Source: Candidatus Lindowbacteria bacterium RIFCSPLOWO2_12_FULL_62_27
GTDB lineage: Bacteria; Lindowbacteria; 2-12-FULL-62-27
Length of the DNA stretch: 43,779 nt
Direction: 5' to 3'
NCBI GenBank assembly: GCA_001784175.1
Contig: MFPR01000031.1
Span: forward strand, 1-43,779
Shown here: in pieces, positions 37,693-43,779 of the stretch
Position numbering within the stretch: position 1 is the stretch's first letter
How the letters are laid out: each line of letters begins with the position of its first letter
The notes under the pieces: model-generated
What the model was told of the DNA's origin: nothing
The model's input: the letters and a program-made list of their open reading frames with translations, nothing else
The model's database searches: none
Made by a program: the position numbers and the translations under genes

Positions 37693-39536
37693 CCATCGAA
37701 TCCGTTCTCTCGACGGTCAACGGGCCCAAGTGGCAGAGGATTGGCCTCGACCGGAAAGCCGGCGTGATGGTTCCGCTCTGGTCGCTTCGCACGCGGCGGA
37801 ACGCCGGCATCGGGGAGGTTCTCGACTTGGAACTGCTGGTCGACTGGTGCGCCGCCACGGGCCAGAAACTCATCCAGCTTCTGCCGGTGAATGATACCGC
37901 CTACGACGCGCCGCCCTACTGCTCCTGCTCGGCCTTCGCGCTCAACCCCGTGTACCTGTCGCTCCGGGACATTCCGGGCATCGATCCGAGGGAGGTCGAC
38001 CATATCCGGCGGGAATTCGAGCGGCAGGATCGAATCGTCTATTACAAAATCCGCGGCGAAAAAATGCGGCTTCTGTGGGGCGCCTACCAGCGCGCGAAGG
38101 AAAGCCTGGGGCACGATCAGAGTTTTATTCAGTTTTGCAGGGACACGGCATTCTGGCTCGACGTGTACGCCGTGTTCATGGTGATGAAGGACAAGCACGA
38201 GCAGAAAAGCTGGAAGAGCTGGACCGACGCGCCGCGCGGCACGCCGCAGTTCATCGCGGAAACGGCGCAGCGGTACCCGGACGAGGTGGGGTTCTACCGG
38301 TACCTGCAATGGCACTGCGACCGGCAATGGCGGCGGGTACGGAAATACGCGAACGACCGCGGCGTGCTGATCAAGGGCGATATTCCATATTTATTGAACA
38401 ACGACGCGGCCGACGTCTGGGCGTGGCCGGAATATTTCCACCTGGACCTGGCCGCCGGGTGCCCGCCGGATTTTTACAACGCCGAAGGCCAGTACTGGAG
38501 TTTCCCGACCTACCGCTGGGGCGACATGGAAAAGGAGGGAAACCACTGGTGGATCGAGCGGCTCCGGCACGCGGAAAAATATTTCGACATTTTCCGCATC
38601 GACCACGTGCTCGGGTTTTTCCGCATCTGGTCCATTCCCGCCGGCGAGTCGGCGGTGTACGGCCAGTACGTGCCGGCCAGCCGTGTGACGCAGGACATCC
38701 TGCGGCAGCATCACATTTCCGAGGAGGAAGAGCGGGACCTGCGAGACCGCCGGATACTTTTGCCCGCGTATCAGGAAAACGGCGCTTACGCCTTTCGGTG
38801 GGAATTCGTGAAAGACGCGGCCGGCCAGTCGCTGCCCGAGGATTTGAAACAGAGGCTGCAGGGACTCGAACGATATTTTCCCGAAAACGACGAAATCCAA
38901 AACGACCTCTGGAAAGAACACGGCGCGAAACTCCTGTCCCTCCTCAGCCGCAACACCGATATGCTCATCTGCGCGGAGGACCTCGGCACGGTCCCGCCGT
39001 GCGTGCGGCCGGCGCTGGAAGACCTGGGCATCACGAAGCTTCTGGTGGACCGCTGGACGAAGTACGCGCCGACGAAGGCCGAGAAGGAGCGGGGCTTTCA
39101 GGAATACTGGATCGAACCGTGGGAATACGATCCGATTTCCGTTTCCTCGCCGAGCAACCACGACATGCCGACGCTCCGGGGCTGGTGGCTGGAACTGGGC
39201 GCGACGGAGGCCGGCCGGAAGGACCGCTGGGAGCAATTCAACCGGTTCGGCTGGCACGGCGACATGCCGGAGGAGCTGAAAGCGGGAAACGTCCGGTTCC
39301 TGTTGAAACGCAACCTCGACGGCGAATCAATTTTCGTGATTTTTCTCATCCAAGACATCCTCGACACCAATCCCGCATGGCAGAACGATAACCCCAACGA
39401 CGACCGCATCAACCTCCCGGGCACCTACTCCGACACCAACTGGAGCTGGCGGATGCGGGTTCCGCTGGAAGACCTGTGCGGAGACCGGGAGTTCAACCGC
39501 AAGTACAGGGAGATGGTGAAGGACAGCGGGCGGTGA
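37689..39536 (+). CDS. malQ: 4-alpha-glucanotransferase (GH77, amylomaltase)
   Basis: [42 protein letters not shown] and [15 protein letters not shown] overlap with glgB. Confidence 0.93.
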   Translation: MTIESVLSTVNGPKWQRIGLDRKAGVMVPLWSLRTRRNAGIGEVLDLELLVDWCAATGQKLIQLLPVNDTAYDAPPYCSCSAFALNPVYLSLRDIPGIDPREVDHIRREFERQDRIVYYKIRGEKMRLLWGAYQRAKESLGHDQSFIQFCRDTAFWLDVYAVFMVMKDKHEQKSWKSWTDAPRGTPQFIAETAQRYPDEVGFYRYLQWHCDRQWRRVRKYANDRGVLIKGDIPYLLNNDAADVWAWPEYFHLDLAAGCPPDFYNAEGQYWSFPTYRWGDMEKEGNHWWIERLRHAEKYFDIFRIDHVLGFFRIWSIPAGESAVYGQYVPASRVTQDILRQHHISEEEERDLRDRRILLPAYQENGAYAFRWEFVKDAAGQSLPEDLKQRLQGLERYFPENDEIQNDLWKEHGAKLLSLLSRNTDMLICAEDLGTVPPCVRPALEDLGITKLLVDRWTKYAPTKAEKERGFQEYWIEPWEYDPISVSSPSNHDMPTLRGWWLELGATEAGRKDRWEQFNRFGWHGDMPEELKAGNVRFLLKRNLDGESIFVIFLIQDILDTNPAWQNDNPNDDRINLPGTYSDTNWSWRMRVPLEDLCGDREFNRKYREMVKDSGR

Positions 39537-39549
39537 GGTTCAGCCCGGA

Positions 39550-40518
39550 CTAGAACTCGTACCCGAAATTGAACCGGTGCGCGTTTTTCAAATCGCCGGC
39601 GGGCGTGAACGTGTAGTTGAATTCCATCGCCTTCATCCGGATTCCGAATCCGCCCGTGAACCACCGGTCCAGATCCCGCCGACGGCGGTCATAGCCGATC
39701 CGAACGGCAAATATTTCCGCCGGCCAAATTTCCAGTCCCGCATTATAGTAGGGACGATGGTCCGACGGCAGATTCATGTCGATCCCGAGGCGCAGGGGCG
39801 TCTGGCTCTTGAACACGAGCGGATGAAAGGCCGCACCGAACTTGTAATTGAGCGGCAGGTCGAATTTTTCGCTCTGGAACTTGATGTCCGTCCCAAAATT
39901 CTGAACCGCGGCCCCCACGTAAAACTGCTCAAACAGCCGCCACCGAAGACCCGCGTCCAGCGCCCAGGCTTCGCCTTTGATCGAATCGATTCTGGACTGA
40001 ATAAATTTTCCCGACACGCCGAACGCGCCATGACTGTTGATCCGGCGGCCATACGAAACGGTCCACGCCAGATCGGCGGCGCTGAAATTGCCGATCCCCG
40101 TGACGGGATCACCGGCGGCGTCGACCTCCGTTCTCGCCATGTTCCCGGCGTCGAGATGAAATAACGCGAATCCCCATACGCCGTTGGTTTGCGTGGGTTG
40201 AACATACGCGAGGTAATTCATGTTGATGTCGGCGATATAATCGTGACGCGTAAACGAAACCCGCCGGCGATCCGTCCCGGCCAACCCGGCCGGGTTCCAG
40301 TAAATCGCGTCCACGCTCGACGCGTCGGCCACCCCCGACCCGCCCTGCGCCTCATATCGCGCGCCCGGATCGATTTTCAGAAATTGCGCGCCCGTGGTCC
40401 CGGCGTTCCGGTGCGGACCTCCGGCCTCGGATAAGGAATCGGTGTTGAACATGACCAGGAGCGACGCCAGACACCATGCAACGATCAGCCGTCCCAGCCG
40501 TCGAATCCCGTCGTTCAT
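39550..40518 (-). CDS. PorV/PorQ (UPF0164)-family outer-membrane beta-barrel
   Basis: AGTTGAQFLKIDPGAR..A.GG..A..AIYWNPAGLA; amphipathic strands; C-terminal YEF. Start ATG 40518 (ATGA overlap). Confidence 0.88.
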   Translation of the reverse strand: MNDGIRRLGRLIVAWCLASLLVMFNTDSLSEAGGPHRNAGTTGAQFLKIDPGARYEAQGGSGVADASSVDAIYWNPAGLAGTDRRRVSFTRHDYIADINMNYLAYVQPTQTNGVWGFALFHLDAGNMARTEVDAAGDPVTGIGNFSAADLAWTVSYGRRINSHGAFGVSGKFIQSRIDSIKGEAWALDAGLRWRLFEQFYVGAAVQNFGTDIKFQSEKFDLPLNYKFGAAFHPLVFKSQTPLRLGIDMNLPSDHRPYYNAGLEIWPAEIFAVRIGYDRRRRDLDRWFTGGFGIRMKAMEFNYTFTPAGDLKNAHRFNFGYEF

Positions 40519-43500
40519 CTCACCACCGCCAGTTTGCCGATTCTCTTTTCGTTTCCGTCGCCGTCGATATGATAGATGTAAATCCCGCTCGACACCTTCT
40601 GCCCGCGCGAGTTTTTGGCGTCCCACTGAACCCTGCCCTGGCCGGTGGCGGACAGCTCGTCCACCAGTTCGCCTGTGAGGGTGTAGATGCGGATTTTGAC
40701 GTTCTGGGTCAGGTTGGCGAACGTGACGCCGGTGCCGGCCGCGCCGGTGAATTCAACGCCCGTCCGGGTATTGCCGTCGTTGGGTTTGAACGGATTCGGA
40801 TACACCACGATCGTGGACAGGTCTGGCGACACCGGCACGTTGACGAGGACTCGGAAGAAGGAAAACCCGCTCGTCATCGCCGTCACCGTGCTGTTCGCCA
40901 GATCCACGACTTGATTTTTCTCGTCGTCCACCAGTTCCCACACATTGGTGGTTTCGTTGAGCTTGAAGGCTCGCAGGTTGCTGCGCTCCAGCGCCGACGA
41001 CACGTCGGTCGCGTCGAATTTCAACTTGACTTCGATGTCCTTCGTCGCGGTCAGCGAACTCTTCGACGCCTTGATTTGGACGATGGACGCCTCCAGGGAC
41101 GTGTAGGACTTCAATTTGAAATCCGAGGTGACGGTGGCGTTCGCCGTGGTGATCGCCGGCGTGGTCGGATTGATGACGACCGAAAATGTCGTGCCTTCGG
41201 GAAATTTCCCGCCCGGAATCGCGGCCGCCACTTTCTGCTCGCCGCCGGAGGTGGAACTCACCGTGAAGTTCTGGCTGACGTTGAAGGCCGCGAACAACTC
41301 GAACGTGTCGGTGATCGACGTCGAATTCGACGCGCTCGCGTCCGCGCCGCTGTTGAGGTCCGCGCCGCGCGGTCGGCCCGATTTCAACGTCGCCGTGATG
41401 ACGCCGACCGCCGTGTCCGCTTTGGTGTCCGGTACCGTCGCTCGAAAGACGGCCGACTTGGTATCCAACCCTGCGATGGTGTCGGGGAAGCTGAGCAGCT
41501 CGACGTAAAACGCCGTGGTGATGTCGGCGCCGGAAGAGCTTTTGAAGACGAGGTCCGACGTGTCCACGGTGGCGTCGACGTTGGCCTGGCCGTTGTTCTG
41601 GATCGTTACGGTGATCAAAAACGTGTCGGTCAACACACCGGTGCCGACGCCGTCTTCCTTCAAAAACGTGTCCGAGGCGATCGTCAGCGACGCGATGGTC
41701 AAGTCCGCCGCGCGCTGGACATTCCACGAATCCGGCGTCGTCGCCGTCGTGTCGGTCGACGTGTTTGCGCCGCCGGAGACGGTTCCGCTGACGGTCGCGT
41801 TGAGGTCGACGTCCCCGGTCGTGGCCGAGGAGGAAATCGTCACGCTGTAGGTGCAATTGACGACCGCACCGATGGGCAGCGTATCGATGGTGAAGGTGGT
41901 GTCGGCGCTCGTCAGTGTTCCTGTAAATTGCGAAGTGAGGTCGGTCGATCCCTGACTGAATCGCAGGGTCGGGGTGGCGATGTTCGTGACGACGCCGTCA
42001 CCGATGTTGCGAAACTGCATCGTCACCACCAGACTCGTCTCGCTCCGGCTCACCACAAACGTCTCCGAACGCACTTGAACGATGTCCAGCACGCCGGCGC
42101 CCTGCAAATCCCACACGGCCGTGTCCGCCCCGGCTGTCGTGTCGGACAGCGTCAGGCTCGGGCGGTTGCCGTCGGCGCCGGTGCAGATCGCGTCAACGTA
42201 CACGGTCCCCGTTTCTACTTTCGCGTTGATGCTGACGGTGAACAGATATGTGTCGGTCCGCCCGCCCCCGACGCCGCTCGGATTCGAGCCGGAGGGGCTG
42301 ATCGTAAAACTGTCCGTGACATACCGGTTGTCCTCCGGCCGGAAAAAGGACAACTGAATGCTGTCGGACGGCAAACTCAGGCGGGCCTCGCCCGCGTTTT
42401 TAACGTACACCACGGCCGTGTAGCCGCTCTGACCCTGAAACACGATGGTGTTCGGCGACGAAACGGTGTCGACCAACAGTTGCGCCGGCGCCTGCACAAT
42501 CCATGTGTCCGGCCTCGTCGCGCGCGTATCCTCCGTGCCGCCCTGACTGTTCGCGTCGGTCCCGCTGCACGTCGCCTCGATCACCACCGGGCCCGTGTTC
42601 GCCGTGTTGCTTACGCTCACCACGTACGTGAACGTGTCCGACGTGTTGCCCGCGATGCTCGTCGGATTCGTTCCCGTTTTCCACAGGGCCGTAAAACTGT
42701 CGCCCGTGGCTGTCCCGTTCCACAAAAACGTCAGCGTGTCCATCGTGAGGTTCGCCGTCGCGTCTCCCGTGTTGCGCACCTCCACCGTCACCGTCACGCT
42801 GTCCGGTCCGTCCTGCGCGCGCGTCACCGAATCCGCAGCCGCCGCGACCTGCACGACCGACAGGGCCGCCCTGTTCTGAACCAGCACGGTGTCATACACC
42901 GTCGTGTCGTCGCCCGACGTTCCCCTGGACAGCCGGAGGTTCAGGTTGAATATGTCAAAGCCCGTCAGCGTCACGTCCACGCGAAGCTCGCCCGCCGAGT
43001 CGCCCGTCTGCGTCACTGTGTAGATGATCGTGTCCTCCGCGCCCGGCGCCAGCGTGGTCGTCCCGCTCATGAAGGTCGCCGTCGCCGTGCCCAGATAATC
43101 CGCCGCCGTGCCCGCCTCGCCGCTCGTCAGCCGGAACGCCAAATCGTCGAACGTAAACGTGTCCATGAGGGCCGTATCCAACGTCATGTTCTTGACAGTG
43201 ACCGTCACCGTCCAGTTCCGGGTCTGGCTGTCGCTCACGGTCTGACGCGACGCCTCCACGCGCGTGAACCGAAACGGCCTTGGAATGTCCACGGTCACGC
43301 TCGCCGTCGTGGCCGCGCCACTGTCCGACACCGTCCGCGAATCGTTCGCGTCCACGCCGTGGACGATCTGATTGACCGTCACAGTACCCGTATCCGACGC
43401 CGTCTTGTAAATCTGATAGAACGTGTCGTACGACCCGCCGGCCAGCGTCGCGCCGCGCGTGCTCGACACTTTCGTCCAAGAATCGGTGACGTTCGAAAAG

Positions 43501-43779
43501 ACGGCGGTGTCGCCGGTGTAGATCAAGGTCGCTTCGCCCGTGTTGCGCGCCACCACCGTGAGCAGGATCGTGTCGTTATTGTTGTTGTCGATGGTCGACG
43601 TGTCTACGGAGACGCTCACGATCTCGACCGCCGCCGGCGTCTGCACGATCCACGTCTCCATCTGCGCCTTCGAGTCGGCCGTGATGGTGTCTGTCGCGCC
43701 CGTGATGGCGCCGCTGCAGAGCGCGAGCGCGTACACGGCGCCGGTTCCGGCGGTGTCCGCCACGCTCACCGAGAACGTG
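40515..43779 (-). CDS. 3' part of a large Thr/Asp-rich surface protein with ~130-aa Ig-like repeats and a T9SS-type-A/FlgD-like CTD; 5' end lies outside the window
   Basis: Repeats V.V.N.G.A ... G.D.N ... W.VQ.PA.L.+..V; C-terminus YPNPFKP..IRIYTLTGELV..WDAKNSRGQKVSSGIYIY..KLAVVR. Confidence 0.88.
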   Translation of the reverse strand, partial: TFSVSVADTAGTGAVYALALCSGAITGATDTITADSKAQMETWIVQTPAAVEIVSVSVDTSTIDNNNNDTILLTVVARNTGEATLIYTGDTAVFSNVTDSWTKVSSTRGATLAGGSYDTFYQIYKTASDTGTVTVNQIVHGVDANDSRTVSDSGAATTASVTVDIPRPFRFTRVEASRQTVSDSQTRNWTVTVTVKNMTLDTALMDTFTFDDLAFRLTSGEAGTAADYLGTATATFMSGTTTLAPGAEDTIIYTVTQTGDSAGELRVDVTLTGFDIFNLNLRLSRGTSGDDTTVYDTVLVQNRAALSVVQVAAAADSVTRAQDGPDSVTVTVEVRNTGDATANLTMDTLTFLWNGTATGDSFTALWKTGTNPTSIAGNTSDTFTYVVSVSNTANTGPVVIEATCSGTDANSQGGTEDTRATRPDTWIVQAPAQLLVDTVSSPNTIVFQGQSGYTAVVYVKNAGEARLSLPSDSIQLSFFRPEDNRYVTDSFTISPSGSNPSGVGGGRTDTYLFTVSINAKVETGTVYVDAICTGADGNRPSLTLSDTTAGADTAVWDLQGAGVLDIVQVRSETFVVSRSETSLVVTMQFRNIGDGVVTNIATPTLRFSQGSTDLTSQFTGTLTSADTTFTIDTLPIGAVVNCTYSVTISSSATTGDVDLNATVSGTVSGGANTSTDTTATTPDSWNVQRAADLTIASLTIASDTFLKEDGVGTGVLTDTFLITVTIQNNGQANVDATVDTSDLVFKSSSGADITTAFYVELLSFPDTIAGLDTKSAVFRATVPDTKADTAVGVITATLKSGRPRGADLNSGADASASNSTSITDTFELFAAFNVSQNFTVSSTSGGEQKVAAAIPGGKFPEGTTFSVVINPTTPAITTANATVTSDFKLKSYTSLEASIVQIKASKSSLTATKDIEVKLKFDATDVSSALERSNLRAFKLNETTNVWELVDDEKNQVVDLANSTVTAMTSGFSFFRVLVNVPVSPDLSTIVVYPNPFKPNDGNTRTGVEFTGAAGTGVTFANLTQNVKIRIYTLTGELVDELSATGQGRVQWDAKNSRGQKVSSGIYIYHIDGDGNEKRIGKLAVVR

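Noticed and set aside
40519-40626. N-terminal extension of the PorV-like ORF
   Set aside because: Overlaps the upstream gene's CTD; the signal peptide begins at ATG 40518.

Overview
High-GC bacterial window, probably from a diderm because it encodes a PorV-like beta-barrel; I cannot assign the taxon. It is almost entirely an alpha-glucan (starch/glycogen/dextran) locus. The left half (minus strand) encodes a 4187-aa secreted multidomain GH13 enzyme, followed by secreted non-catalytic CBM20-like/FN3 proteins and a subtilase with a T9SS-like C-terminal domain. The centre holds a triple-CBM48 protein, a GH66 enzyme, a XylFGH-like sugar ABC transporter, hflKC, and a decayed patch (AAA_14/DUF4143 ATPase plus ORF6N and GT2 fragments). 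The right half holds two secreted CBM48-GH13 enzymes, glgB-malQ, a PorV-family barrel and a large Ig-repeat protein with a T9SS-like CTD. The best novelty candidate is that the left-hand proteins appear to start with a CBM20-like domain lacking its first strand and to end in an orphan 'V.F.V' strand, suggesting head-to-tail strand-complementation assembly of an amylolytic surface complex or filament. These proteins are also strongly enriched in D-S/T putative O-glycosylation sequons. Several palindromic DNA repeats lie in-frame inside genes, including a perfect 36-bp inverted pair. All domain calls come from motif recognition by eye; no searches were run.
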